Assembly: GCA_043729945.1 (NCBI GenBank)
Contig: JAYTKW010000022.1
Location: forward strand, 1-57,909
Source of the DNA: Candidatus Kaiserbacteria bacterium
Lineage (GTDB): Bacteria; Patescibacteriota; Minisyncoccia; Phycocordibacterales; UBA918
DNA length: 57,909 nt
Reading direction: 5' to 3'
In this document: positions 37,056 through 45,529 of the stretch, in pieces
Layout: every line of letters begins with the position of its first letter
How positions within the stretch are numbered: the first letter of the stretch is position 1
Program-made: the position numbers and the translations under genes
The notes under the pieces: model-generated
Database searches by the model: none
What the model was told of the DNA's origin: nothing
What the model saw: the letters and a program-made list of their open reading frames with translations, nothing else

Positions 37056-37688
37056 ATGGAACCGATACAAATAGCGCTCATAATCGCGCTCATCATCTCA
37101 ATCATTATTCACGAAATGGCCCACGGCTACGCGGCTAATTGGCAGGGTGACCCGACCGCCCGCCTGCAAGGGCGGCTGTCTCCGAACCCCCTTGTCCATA
37201 TTGATCCAATGATGTCGGTGATTTTGCCGGGGATTCTTATATTATCGGGTTCACCATTTGTCTTTGGAGCTGCCAAACCCGTACCGTACAACCCGTACAA
37301 CTTCCGGAATCAAAAATGGGGTGAAGCCATGGTGGCTTTTGCCGGCCCGCTCTCTAACATTATCCTCGCCCTTATTTTTGCTGCACTATTTCATTTTTCT
37401 GACGTCCTGGCCCTGTCTGAGACATTTACCACGTTGTCAGTTCAGATTATTGCCCTGAACCTCTTTCTCGCTTTCTTTAACCTAGTCCCAATTCCACCGC
37501 TTGATGGTTCAAAGATCCTCCCTCAGTTCCTACCGTTTACGCTCCGTCTGCGCTACGAACGCTTCCGTCACGCCCTTGAACAGAACATTGCGCTGGCCTT
37601 TGGAGTGGTGATTATTGCCTTTATGTTCGTTCTCGGCGCCCCATTGGCCGCTCTGACCCAATATCTGACTATTTTACTGGTCTCGTAG
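37056..37688 (+). CDS. Site-2 protease family (M50) membrane metalloprotease
   Basis: HEMAHG motif, polytopic, 210 aa. Confidence 0.8.
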   Translation: MEPIQIALIIALIISIIIHEMAHGYAANWQGDPTARLQGRLSPNPLVHIDPMMSVILPGILILSGSPFVFGAAKPVPYNPYNFRNQKWGEAMVAFAGPLSNIILALIFAALFHFSDVLALSETFTTLSVQIIALNLFLAFFNLVPIPPLDGSKILPQFLPFTLRLRYERFRHALEQNIALAFGVVIIAFMFVLGAPLAALTQYLTILLVS

Positions 37689-37729
37689 CTTGCAAAATAA
37701 AGCTTTTAGTAGTATCTTATGCGGGCTTT

Positions 37730-38143
37730 ATGGCAACAATAAATCAATTAACAAGAAAGAAGCGCGTCGACCCCGTTACCAAGCGCAAGACCGGAGCGTT
37801 GTTTGCAGGCTTTAACTCAATCGAGAACAAGCCGAACTACTACAACTCTCCGTTCAAGCGTGGTGTCTGTACTCGCGTAACGACCAAGACCCCACGTAAG
37901 CCGAACTCTGCGATCCGAAAGATTGCTCGTGTTCGTCTCTCAAACGGAATGGAAATTACCGCGTACATCCCAGGTATCAAGCACACCCTCCAAGAGCACT
38001 CAGTAGTACTCGTACGTGGAGGTCGTGTGAAGGACATCGGCGTGAACTACACTATCGTTCGTGGTAAATACGACGCGACTGGTGTGGCGGAACGGCGAAT
38101 GGGGCGGTCACGATACGGAGCCAAGAAACCAAAAGCGAAATAA
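37730..38143 (+). CDS. rpsL: 30S ribosomal protein S12
   Basis: [10 protein letters not shown]... and the PNSAIRK motif. Confidence 0.95.
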   Translation: MATINQLTRKKRVDPVTKRKTGALFAGFNSIENKPNYYNSPFKRGVCTRVTTKTPRKPNSAIRKIARVRLSNGMEITAYIPGIKHTLQEHSVVLVRGGRVKDIGVNYTIVRGKYDATGVAERRMGRSRYGAKKPKAK

Positions 38144-38155
38144 TTCACTTCATCT

Positions 38156-38230
38156 GCGTTGTTGCCCGGCACAAAATTTGTGTTCACCGTACGTTCAGTA
38201 CGGCTCACAAAAATTTGTTTGGGCGCCTAG
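38156..38230 (+). repeat. MITE-family core copy inside the rpsL-rpsG spacer
   Basis: GCGTTGTTG...TTCACCGTAC-GTTCA-GTACGGCTCA...GCGCCTAG. Confidence 0.65.
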
Positions 38231-38442
38231 CAGCTAAAGCAAATTCTATCGCTTTAAATTTGGCAAACTGGGACATAACGTATTCCAGTGCAGGAGGGAG
38301 GATTATAAATAGTCTATATTCGCTACAGATACCTGACGCGATTCAAGTCGAAAGACTTCGGAATCAGAATATGCGAAGAATGAAACAAGAGGCTGCTGCC
38401 ATACTATTTCATTCTTAATTACTAAAATTAAGAACTAACAAA

Positions 38443-38913
38443 ATGCGTCGACCAATTAAAAAGCGACCGGTTGTCAGTCCAGACGTTCAGTTTGGATCTG
38501 TCGATGTGGAACGCCTCATCAACTACGTGATGCTCCGCGGTCAGAAAGAAACCGCCCGTAAAATCGTTTACGGAGCGTTCGAAGAAATCAAGAACCGCAA
38601 AGACGGTGGTGAACCACTAGAAGTATTTACTACTGCTGTACGGAACGCCGGTCCCCTAATGGAAGTCCGCTCACGCCGCGTTGGTGGAGCCAACTACCAG
38701 GTACCACGCGAAGTTCGTCCTGAACGACGTCTAGCTCTAGCCCTCCGTTGGATCATCACCGGAGCCCGTAACCAAAAAGGTGTCCCAATGCACAAGGCAT
38801 TAGCTCAGGAGTTGATTCTTGCAGCCAAGGAAGAAGGAAATGCGGTCAAGAAGAAGGAGGATACGCATAAGATGGCTGAGGCCAACCGAGCCTTTGCCCA
38901 CTTCGCCTGGTAA
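38443..38913 (+). CDS. rpsG: 30S ribosomal protein S7
   Basis: 156 aa with a canonical S7 pattern (ANYQVP, ends HFAW). Confidence 0.93.
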   Translation: MRRPIKKRPVVSPDVQFGSVDVERLINYVMLRGQKETARKIVYGAFEEIKNRKDGGEPLEVFTTAVRNAGPLMEVRSRRVGGANYQVPREVRPERRLALALRWIITGARNQKGVPMHKALAQELILAAKEEGNAVKKKEDTHKMAEANRAFAHFAW

Positions 38914-38934
38914 CCGACATTTTCGTCACGATAC

Positions 38935-39008
38935 CGCGTTGAAAGCCCCAAAATTTTGTTCACCGTACGTCCAGTACGGCTCACAAAATTTTGGGGCTTT
39001 CGCCTTGT
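38935..39008 (+). repeat. MITE-family core copy right after rpsG
   Basis: CGCGTTG...TTCACCGTAC-GTCCA-GTACGGCTCA...TTCGCCTTG. Confidence 0.6.
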
Positions 39009-39069
39009 CTCGTTTAGAAAATCTCAGTTACCAAACTAGGCCTAGGCAAGACCACTTCGATGGGTGCAC

Positions 39070-39114
39070 AAAAAAGCCGCTCTCCGTACGTCAGTACGTG
39101 TCGCGGCTTTTTTG
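39070..39114 (+). terminator. Terminator closing the rpsL-rpsG unit
   Basis: AAAAAGCCGC...GCGGCTTTTTT. Confidence 0.6.
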
Positions 39115-39195
39115 CTACCCGCCTCGCGACTCATTCAAATTTGAACGTTTCCAACAATTAATTGCAAAATTTTTATGTAAGAGCATAATCAATAT

Positions 39196-39894
39196 ATGCA
39201 AATATCTCCAGATTATTTTTTACGACCGTCTTTTGTTTTGGGCATATTTTCAGTTGTTGCACCGTACCTGATTTTAAGTGCACATAGTGCGACTTATGCT
39301 CACAAACTTGAACTCGCAAATCTATTTGTACAAATAGTAGTTGCTGTGTCTGCTGCCTTAGCTTTTTTAACTTATTATGAAAATAAAGAAGAAAAGAAAT
39401 TAAAATACGCAGTAGATTTGATTAGTTTTTTTCGGGAAAAAGTAATAAGCAAGCAGAACGAAATTACAAAGAAGGTTATTGAAGAACGAGGTGATAAGTA
39501 TGATATACCAAGGGTTGTTGCTTTCAGTCCTTATAAAATGACTATGGAATCAATCTTTTATAACCAAGAGATGAAGCAAGGATATATTGATTTTATAAAA
39601 ATAAAATCAATTATTAGTCCACAGACTAATTTACTAAATAGTCTAGACCAATTTGCTTTGTGTGTAAGAGTGTATGGCTTGACTGAACATCCATCACTAA
39701 TTTCATTACACGCAGTCTTTATTCAGATTGTTGAACAGGGCGGTATACAGAGAATTTTGCAACATAGAGTTATCGGAACGGGGGAAAATGTTTTTTCAGA
39801 AACACTGGATCTTTACGAATTATGGAAAAATAAAATTTCCAGAAAATCAGAAGATCAAAGAATTGCAGAATTTTTTAAAGAAAAAGAGACATAG
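39196..39894 (+). CDS. Hypothetical membrane-anchored protein in very AT-rich DNA
   Basis: 232-aa ORF with two N-terminal hydrophobic helices. No family recognised. Confidence 0.5.
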   Translation: MQISPDYFLRPSFVLGIFSVVAPYLILSAHSATYAHKLELANLFVQIVVAVSAALAFLTYYENKEEKKLKYAVDLISFFREKVISKQNEITKKVIEERGDKYDIPRVVAFSPYKMTMESIFYNQEMKQGYIDFIKIKSIISPQTNLLNSLDQFALCVRVYGLTEHPSLISLHAVFIQIVEQGGIQRILQHRVIGTGENVFSETLDLYELWKNKISRKSEDQRIAEFFKEKET

Positions 39895-39897
39895 ACG

Positions 39898-39930
39898 ACA
39901 AACCCTAAAAACTTTGCGGTGGGTTTGGGT
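39898..39930 (+). repeat. Array repeat B1 (ACAAACCCTAAAAAC...GGGTTTGGGT)
   Basis: 15 nt are identical to 40561-40575. Confidence 0.6.
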
Positions 39931-40080
39931 GTTGCTGTGCGGGAAACGTTTATCGTGGGTATAAAAAATTGTCGTACAGGGGGCCGAACGACAGTTCTGG
40001 GTTTTTGTTGACATTTTAGTGCCTGAGGTGTCTAATTGAAATTAGGAAGTTTAATCGAGGTTTCAACAGGAGAGAGCGAT

Positions 40081-40482
40081 ATGTCTTTTTCGGGTATTGG
40101 CCGAGCGGCCAATGAGTCCAATATGGTTGGGCGTGTAAATGCAGAAGCTGTAGGTCTTGAACTGTTGCTTCGGATAAGCAAGAATGCCGCGGCTGATGTT
40201 CAGGATTTTTGCGACAAGATTCGTGCGGCATCTTCGGTTCACGGTCAACAAGCTCTCAAACAGTGGGGAGCAGATTCGGCTAACTTTAAGCAATTGGCTG
40301 ACTGGATGAAATATATGGCCGGATGGCTTCAGCGGTGTGAGTTTTACGGCAAAATGCTCCTCTGGAACAATACCGATGAAGTGTATTTGCGGGGGGCGGC
40401 ATTGCATATGGCACTGCTTCAGACTTGGAATCAGGTAATTTCGTTGGCATTGGGGGATGTTGAGGTAGACAAGGCTGCGTGA
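40081..40482 (+). CDS. Hypothetical helical protein
   Basis: The SD AGGAGAG lies 7 nt before the ATG at 40081. A terminator hairpin at about 40498-40533 follows. Confidence 0.5.
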   Translation: MSFSGIGRAANESNMVGRVNAEAVGLELLLRISKNAAADVQDFCDKIRAASSVHGQQALKQWGADSANFKQLADWMKYMAGWLQRCEFYGKMLLWNNTDEVYLRGAALHMALLQTWNQVISLALGDVEVDKAA

Positions 40483-40560
40483 GTGAGACGATGGCTTGAA
40501 AAGGCCGCACCTCAACTCATGTGGCCTTTTTCAATTTTAAATTAAATATTGACCGAGTCA

Positions 40561-40593
40561 ACAAACCCTAAAAACGTGGGGTAGGTTTGGGGT
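40561..40593 (+). repeat. Array repeat B2
   Basis: ACAAACCCTAAAAACGTGGGGTAGGTTTGGGGT. Confidence 0.6.
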
Positions 40594-40616
40594 ACAGGAG
40601 GAAGACGTAGTCCGGG

Positions 40617-40659
40617 AGTATAAAAACACTGCCGTCCGGGTAACCGGGCGGCAGTTTTT
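40617..40659 (+). repeat. Array repeat C2 (GTATAAAAACACTGCCG... hairpin plus T-run)
   Basis: GTATAAAAACACTGCCGTCCGGG-TAA-CCGGGCGGCAGTTTTT. A near-identical copy lies at 41452-41494. Confidence 0.6.
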
Positions 40660-40704
40660 AATTCGAATTTATGAACCAAGATGTTTGTTAGTTGAAACTG
40701 GTGT

Positions 40705-40734
40705 AAGCTCCGCCTAGGACCGACCTAGGCAAAA
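40705..40734 (+). repeat. Cassette-junction repeat A1
   Basis: AAGCTCCG-CCTAGG-ACCGA-CCTAGG-CAAAA. Confidence 0.7.
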
Positions 40735-40830
40735 ATCCGCGTACCGCTAATAAATAGAAACGCCACCTCGGAAGATTGGCCAGAGTGGCGTTTCTTCGCT
40801 CAGTGGCGGGACATCGACACGACTTGATGT

Positions 40831-41238
40831 CTATGTGGCGTAGGTTCTGATGACCGCTTTTTCGAGCGGTGAATTGCGGGTTTCGTCGTCTTGCCAAAAT
40901 TTGTTTGGCAAAGTGAATGCAAAATCAAAACGAATACCGTCGCGGTGTGCGTCTTCAAACGCACGGTAGTGGGACATTTCGTAGAGATTACCGCTCATAT
41001 CCATCGCAAACCTGGTTGTATCAGGATCCGTTAGGAATTCAATTTCCTTGCTCGCCGGCTCCTGGTGTGGGTTCCATTGGTCAGGATTGATATAAATAAT
41101 CTTGGCATGACCTGAGCCGCGAAAATTGAAGTGCCAGATGAGAGAGTGAAGCAGTAAGCCAGTCGGCGAGAGTTCCGAGGTCCCCATGAGTTTAGTCCTT
41201 GTGCTGGTGAATCTGGACCAAAGATACGCCAATAACAA
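40831..41238 (-). CDS. Hypothetical protein
   Basis: 135-aa ORF (alternative start MGTSELS at 41187). A hairpin at 40757-40797 lies downstream. No family recognised. Confidence 0.45.
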   Translation of the reverse strand: MLLAYLWSRFTSTRTKLMGTSELSPTGLLLHSLIWHFNFRGSGHAKIIYINPDQWNPHQEPASKEIEFLTDPDTTRFAMDMSGNLYEMSHYRAFEDAHRDGIRFDFAFTLPNKFWQDDETRNSPLEKAVIRTYAT

Positions 41239-41407
41239 AAATTGTCAATCTGCTATTGTTACCCCAGATGGGGAGGGTGTGTACCATTGTTCTCCTACCG
41301 ATGTAGGCGAGGCCAAAGCCGTTGTTACTCCGTGAGGAGAAAGGACTAGATGTCCATTTGTACTTAATTATACAGTGTGTAGTAAAAGTATCAATCGTGT
41401 TATTTGA

Positions 41408-41435
41408 AAATCCGCCTAAACCTTACCTGGGCAAA
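41408..41435 (+). repeat. Cassette-junction repeat A2 (degenerate)
   Basis: AAATCCG-CCTAAA-CCTTA-CCTGGG-CAAA. Confidence 0.45.
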
Positions 41436-41451
41436 CGAAACGTAGCGCTGG

Positions 41452-41494
41452 GGTATAAAAACACTGCCGTCCCGGGGCCGGGGCGGCAGTTTTG
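41452..41494 (+). repeat. Array repeat C3
   Basis: GTATAAAAACACTGCCGTCCCGGGGCCGGGGCGGCAGTTTTG. Confidence 0.6.
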
Positions 41495-41509
41495 TTTTGG
41501 GGCGACATA

Positions 41510-41941
41510 TCATGATTGCCAGAGTTGTATGACTGAGCCAAATTGTTTAGTCAGGAACTTAGTGTGATGATCAAACTCCGGTTTGTCTTGATGTCTAAAC
41601 CAGCCAACCTGACTAATTTCCTGGGTATCGCTGATATGGACAGGTCCATACCAATCGACTGCTCTGATAATGACATGGCGCCAATATGTTCCAAATGGTG
41701 TTTGTCTGTCGTAGATGAGTATGATTTTTGCTTGCGTGAGCATTAGGCCCGTTTCTTCACGTAGTTCACGCCGCCCGGCCGCGAGATACGTTTCACCGTC
41801 CTCGACCTTACCACCAGGTATTTCATATTCATCATCCTGAATCAAACGCCGACTCTGTACACACAATAGGCGACGATTCTTTTCCACGATGACTCGAGCC
41901 ACCGTGCCAGTTACTCTCCGTAGCATGGTTTCCTCTCTCAA
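41510..41941 (-). CDS. NUDIX hydrolase
   Basis: Nudix box GGKVEDGETYLAAGRRELREETGL. Confidence 0.8.
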   Translation of the reverse strand: MREETMLRRVTGTVARVIVEKNRRLLCVQSRRLIQDDEYEIPGGKVEDGETYLAAGRRELREETGLMLTQAKIILIYDRQTPFGTYWRHVIIRAVDWYGPVHISDTQEISQVGWFRHQDKPEFDHHTKFLTKQFGSVIQLWQS

Positions 41942-42028
41942 CGTTTCGCAGCTACCGTATCATGTTCGGGTCGTTAATACAATTAAGTTTTGCCGAGGCC
42001 GTGCCCCGGCAGGTCAAAAGCCTGGGAG

Positions 42029-42090
42029 AAAGCTTCGTCTAGGGACGACTTAGGCCAAATAAAGCTCCGCCTAGGCCTTGCCTAGGCAAA
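42029..42090 (+). repeat. Cassette-junction repeats A3a+A3b (tandem pair)
   Basis: AAAGCTTCG-TCTAGG-GACGA-CTTAGG-CCAAA, then AAAGCTCCG-CCTAGG-CCTTG-CCTAGG-CAAA. Confidence 0.7.
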
Positions 42091-42156
42091 TTTAACTTTA
42101 TAGCGCTTGCATTTATACTATAATTTAGTACTATTATATAGTAATAACTAAATAAT

Positions 42157-42375
42157 ATGACCACTATCACTGTGCCTTTAAATACTAAGCAAATTGAACA
42201 CCTTGATGCACTTGTGGATGATTTTGGGTCCACTCGGGCGGGAGTGATGCGGAAGGCTTTAGAGCTGTTGGCTGAAGAAGCTGCCATTACATCTATTTTG
42301 AAGTCAGAACAAGAGTATCGTGAGGGCAAGGTATTGCGAGGAGATACTCGTAGTATTTTGCTGGGTCTTAAATAG
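42157..42375 (+). CDS. Ribbon-helix-helix antitoxin
   Basis: 72 aa with an N-terminal beta-strand plus helices (ITVPLNTKQIEHLDALV). It lies directly upstream of a RelE/ParE-like ORF. Confidence 0.6.
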   Translation: MTTITVPLNTKQIEHLDALVDDFGSTRAGVMRKALELLAEEAAITSILKSEQEYREGKVLRGDTRSILLGLK

Positions 42376-42382
42376 TAGCAAC

Positions 42383-42643
42383 ATGTTTGAAATTGTCATC
42401 TCAAAGCAATTCGCCCGACAATTTAGAAAATTTGATAATCACCTCAAAGAAGAAGTTGTCGAAAAACTGGAACTTTTAAAAAATCCAACTAATCACCAAT
42501 CATTAAAAGTGCATAAATTGAATGGTCGGTTGGCTAATAACTACAGTTTTTTTGTAAATTACAAGATACGAATAGTTTTTTCCTATCCTGTTCCGACAGA
42601 AATACTCCTGCTTTTAGTCGGCTCTCATGATGTTTATAACTAA
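42383..42643 (+). CDS. RelE/ParE-family toxin
   Basis: 86 aa with the pattern HKLNGRLANNYSFFVNYKIRIVF...VGSHDVY. Confidence 0.65.
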   Translation: MFEIVISKQFARQFRKFDNHLKEEVVEKLELLKNPTNHQSLKVHKLNGRLANNYSFFVNYKIRIVFSYPVPTEILLLLVGSHDVYN

Positions 42644-42650
42644 GATCTAA

Positions 42651-42695
42651 GATCCGATAGGCAAATAAGCTCCGACTAGGACTCTCCTAGGCAAA
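42651..42695 (+). repeat. Cassette-junction repeat A4 (partial copy plus full copy)
   Basis: GATCCGATAGGCAAAT, then AAGCTCCG-ACTAGG-ACTCT-CCTAGG-CAAAA. Confidence 0.7.
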
Positions 42696-42706
42696 AAGAG
42701 TAAGAG

Positions 42707-43090
42707 CTATATCCCTATTGTATCCAAACTAATTTCGATGGCGGTGCCGACTTGCGAGAGTATGGGTGCTGGAACTGCACCGAGGCGTTTTACTAATCGG
42801 GCTTTATCGATGGTACGAATTTGATTGAGAAGGACCAAGGAATTATTTTTTAGTCCGATGGTTGCGCTGGTCTTAATGAGGACTTCGGTGGGGTAGATTT
42901 TTTCCCCTGATATTGCGGTTGTAATGGCAGCTACGATAGTGACGGGGCTGTAGGTATTGGCGATATCATTTTGGATAATTAGAGCGGGGCGGGTTTTGTT
43001 TATTTCCGAACCAATCGTTGGGTCAAAATTAACGAGCCAAATCTCGCCACGCTTGGGCTTTTTTGTTTTGGTTACGGTTTGTTTTGCCAT
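42707..43090 (-). CDS. mazF: MazF/PemK-family endoribonuclease toxin
   Basis: RGEIWLVNFDPTIGSEINKTRPALIIQND is the canonical PemK motif. Confidence 0.8.
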   Translation of the reverse strand: MAKQTVTKTKKPKRGEIWLVNFDPTIGSEINKTRPALIIQNDIANTYSPVTIVAAITTAISGEKIYPTEVLIKTSATIGLKNNSLVLLNQIRTIDKARLVKRLGAVPAPILSQVGTAIEISLDTIGI

Positions 43091-43344
43091 ACTGATTCAT
43101 CAACATGAAACCACTGGGCGGCTATATCAGTATCACGATTAGTATTTCGCAAGGCACCTTCTTTAAGTGATTGTCGTAACTGTTTTTTTCCTACAGCATC
43201 AACATAAAAATGTACCGCCTGATCAATAAATCGACTGCGGTCACCTGGCTCGGTTAGCGCATCAATTTTTTCTAGGGTAGTTTCCGGAAGTGAGATGTTC
43301 ACTCTTTTATTGGCAGTTGTTGTAGTCATAACATAATCATACAC
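43072..43344 (-). CDS. RHH/CopG-like antitoxin paired with MazF
   Basis: Overlaps the mazF start by 19 nt. The RVNISLPETTLEKID...SRFIDQAV pattern is present. Confidence 0.6.
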   Translation of the reverse strand: MYDYVMTTTTANKRVNISLPETTLEKIDALTEPGDRSRFIDQAVHFYVDAVGKKQLRQSLKEGALRNTNRDTDIAAQWFHVDESVWQNKP

Positions 43345-43396
43345 ACGTTTTGTGTGTATGACAAGTCTTTGTACATATAACTCCGAAGGACCGACA

Positions 43397-43425
43397 AAGC
43401 TCCGCCTAGGACTCTCCTAGGCAAA
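43397..43425 (+). repeat. Cassette-junction repeat A5
   Basis: AAGCTCCG-CCTAGG-ACTCT-CCTAGG-CAAAC. Confidence 0.7.
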
Positions 43426-43461
43426 CCATAGTTAGAACAAAATCCTAAAAACCGCGGGATG

Positions 43462-43490
43462 GTATCTCCGAAGGCCGGGCCTTCGTAAGT
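43462..43490 (+). repeat. 29-nt repeat D1
   Basis: GTATCTCCGAAGGCCGGGCCTTCGTAAGT is identical to 44522-44550. Confidence 0.8.
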
Positions 43491-43827
43491 TTATAGTCAT
43501 GGGCCGGAAACTGTAAGCAGAATACATATACCGCGGTATACTAATTGAAAGATCATTGGGTCTTTTATTCACATTTTTAGAAAATGTGATTTTAGGATAA
43601 TACAATATAAATATATATGAATATGAAAATAAATACGGGGGGCCAAAATATTCCGCATAATCAGCCAATGCCTCGCAGGGTTGCGTCGCGGATGGAAGGG
43701 GTGGTGAAAAATCGCGGTACGCAGATGGTTAAGAAGCCAAAAGGGGGGTAGGGAATGAAATAAAAAAGCAGCGCTGAGGCGTTATGTAGTAAAGCTGAAA
43801 TTTGACATATATACCAAAATATATATT

Positions 43828-44124
43828 ATGGTATATATGGCTACACAAAATACGGCGACAATCTTAAATATTAAAACAGACAAGAAGCTCAAAGCTGAGG
43901 CTAAAAAAGTGGCTGATGATATGGGGCTTACGCTTACAGCGGTAGTTAATTCTATGCTCAAGCAGTTTGTTTTAGAAAAAGAAATCACTTTTTCGTCTAA
44001 AGTATATGAACCTTCACCGTATTTGATAAAAGCTCTCAAAGCTGCTGACGAAGAATATACGTTGGGGAAAGTTAAGAGGTTTTCTTCTGTAGAAGCGATG
44101 CAGGCTGATCTAATGAAAAAATAA
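43828..44124 (+). CDS. RelB/DinJ-family antitoxin
   Basis: ILNIKTDKKLKAEAKKVADDMGLTLTAVVNSMLKQFV. The alternative start at 43837 may be leaderless. The ATATACCA...TGGTATAT inverted repeat overlaps the promoter. Confidence 0.65.
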   Translation: MVYMATQNTATILNIKTDKKLKAEAKKVADDMGLTLTAVVNSMLKQFVLEKEITFSSKVYEPSPYLIKALKAADEEYTLGKVKRFSSVEAMQADLMKK

Positions 44125-44125
44125 T

Positions 44126-44389
44126 ATGGAAGTTGCGTACAGTAAAAGCTTTAAAAAAGATTTTGCTAAGATGCAAAAAAAAGCTCAAGAACAGTTTTTC
44201 GAGCGTCTCTCTTTGTATCTAGCAAGTCCGCAACACCTACTCTTGCATGTACATTCGCTTAATGGTGCATACCAAGGCTATCAAAGTTTTAATGTCACTG
44301 CCGATATACGAGCTATCTTTACTTTTCGTGATAATGGGGATGTTTTGTACGTAGACATGATCGGGACTCATTCCCAGTTGTATAAGTGA
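44126..44389 (+). CDS. RelE/YafQ-family toxin
   Basis: 87 aa with the pattern HSLNGAYQGYQSFNVTADIRAIF...IGTHSQLY. Confidence 0.7.
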   Translation: MEVAYSKSFKKDFAKMQKKAQEQFFERLSLYLASPQHLLLHVHSLNGAYQGYQSFNVTADIRAIFTFRDNGDVLYVDMIGTHSQLYK

Positions 44390-44433
44390 TTGATTACGCA
44401 TTAATTTTGAGGACCGACTTTCAAAAATGGTTT

Positions 44434-44517
44434 TTTATATATTCGCGCCGTCGAATTCGGTTACTTTGATTTGGGCGAGGTCGAAGTTTTCGAGACAATT
44501 GAGGTTGACTATGGTCA
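44434..44517 (-). pseudogene. Truncated fragment of a GFA-family gene (paralogue of 45899-46249)
   Basis: Encodes MTIVNLNCLENFDLAQIKVTEFDGANI*, compared with the C-terminus YMINLNCLEGFDLSNIKINDFDGASA* of the intact gene. Confidence 0.7.
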
Positions 44518-44521
44518 TGTA

Positions 44522-44550
44522 GTATCTCCGAAGGCCGGGCCTTCGTAAGT
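44522..44550 (+). repeat. 29-nt repeat D2
   Basis: Identical to 43462-43490. Confidence 0.8.
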
Positions 44551-44619
44551 CTTAAATTTATTTTTTACTTTCCTTTTAATTTTGGAGGCGATCCCTCAGG
44601 AAAGTGGAGGCCTTCATTC

Positions 44620-44649
44620 AAGCTCCGTCGAGGCGTCGCTTAGGCGAAA
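44620..44649 (+). repeat. Cassette-junction repeat A6 (diverged)
   Basis: AAGCTCCG-TCGAGG-CGTCG-CTTAGG-CGAAA. Confidence 0.5.
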
Positions 44650-44708
44650 TTGGGGTGAGCTTCCCAAGGGGGGATATTTGTGTATGATGGGCTGTAGATG
44701 AACAAATT

Positions 44709-45398
44709 ATGGATGCTAAATACTTAGTGTCCAGTAAAACAAGGAGAAGAGTTATGAAAGTGATTACTTGCGGAGCTGCCTTTGATCCCTCTCAAGAATG
44801 GTGGAAATCTGTTGCTAGCACAACAAATCATCAACAGTTGATGAGTGTTTTAAAAGAGGGGGAAAACTACCACGTGGCAATTATTGATAGCGTTGTTGGC
44901 GGGGTTTGTTTAACAAAGGAGCTATCGTGTTTTAAGCGAGAGGTGCCGCAAACTATTTTTTTCGTGCGGTTCATAGGTTTGTGTCCCGATGCCATCCTTA
45001 AGTCGCTGCTGACTTTAGGGATTGATGGATACCTCATGGATAGTCCTTCATTTGAAACTGTTCAAGGACTTTACTCCCTGCGGTCTAATATCTTGACTGT
45101 CAATCTGGCCGACGGAAAGCAATTGCTCCTGTCAGAAAAAACAATTTCGTGTGACCAGGCAAAAATAAGGGTTACAGCAACAGAAGCTTTACTTCTCAGA
45201 CGACTTATCTTGTCTCAAGGCCGGCCGGTCACTAGTAAAATGTTACAAGTTGTACTCGGATATAATTCGATTGCCCGAACCCAGACCGTACGTTCTCATA
45301 TTGAGAGAATTAGAAAGAGGGCCTATGAAGCCGGTTTTCCGAGCATCATCGGCACACAGCCAAAAGCAGGATACTACATTGAGTGTCCGGCCGCTTGA
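44709..45398 (+). CDS. OmpR/PhoB-type winged-helix DNA-binding protein with a degenerate receiver-like N-terminal domain
   Basis: The C-terminus is Trans_reg_C-like: TATEALLLRRL...TVRSHIERIRKRA...GYYIE. The N-terminal acidic pocket is not evident. Confidence 0.6.
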   Translation: MDAKYLVSSKTRRRVMKVITCGAAFDPSQEWWKSVASTTNHQQLMSVLKEGENYHVAIIDSVVGGVCLTKELSCFKREVPQTIFFVRFIGLCPDAILKSLLTLGIDGYLMDSPSFETVQGLYSLRSNILTVNLADGKQLLLSEKTISCDQAKIRVTATEALLLRRLILSQGRPVTSKMLQVVLGYNSIARTQTVRSHIERIRKRAYEAGFPSIIGTQPKAGYYIECPAA

Positions 45399-45404
45399 AG
45401 CAAC

Positions 45405-45440
45405 CTGAGGCAAGCCAGCCGGCTTGCCTCAGTTTCATTT
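45405..45440 (+). terminator. Terminator after the wHTH gene
   Basis: CTGAGGCAAGCC-AGCC-GGCTTGCCTCAG-TTTCATTTT. Confidence 0.65.
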
Positions 45441-45529
45441 TAAAGTTTGTTTTAACTCCATTGAGTCAAGAGTGGCTGTAGTTTAAGAATCTTGTGAATA
45501 CAACTACAGAAAGGATTTTTGGACAGAAC

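Noticed and set aside
38215-38418. 67-aa ORF in the rpsL-rpsG spacer and 150-aa ORF at 38819-39271
   Set aside because: They span repeat-element DNA and the 3' end of rpsG, with no RBS and implausible composition.
39895-44700. Calling the cassette array a bona fide integron
   Set aside because: No IntI-like ORF is present and no Pc/attI is recognisable. The junction repeats are about 30 nt rather than 57-141 nt and lack RYYYAAC/GTTRRRY cores. I report it only as integron-like logic.
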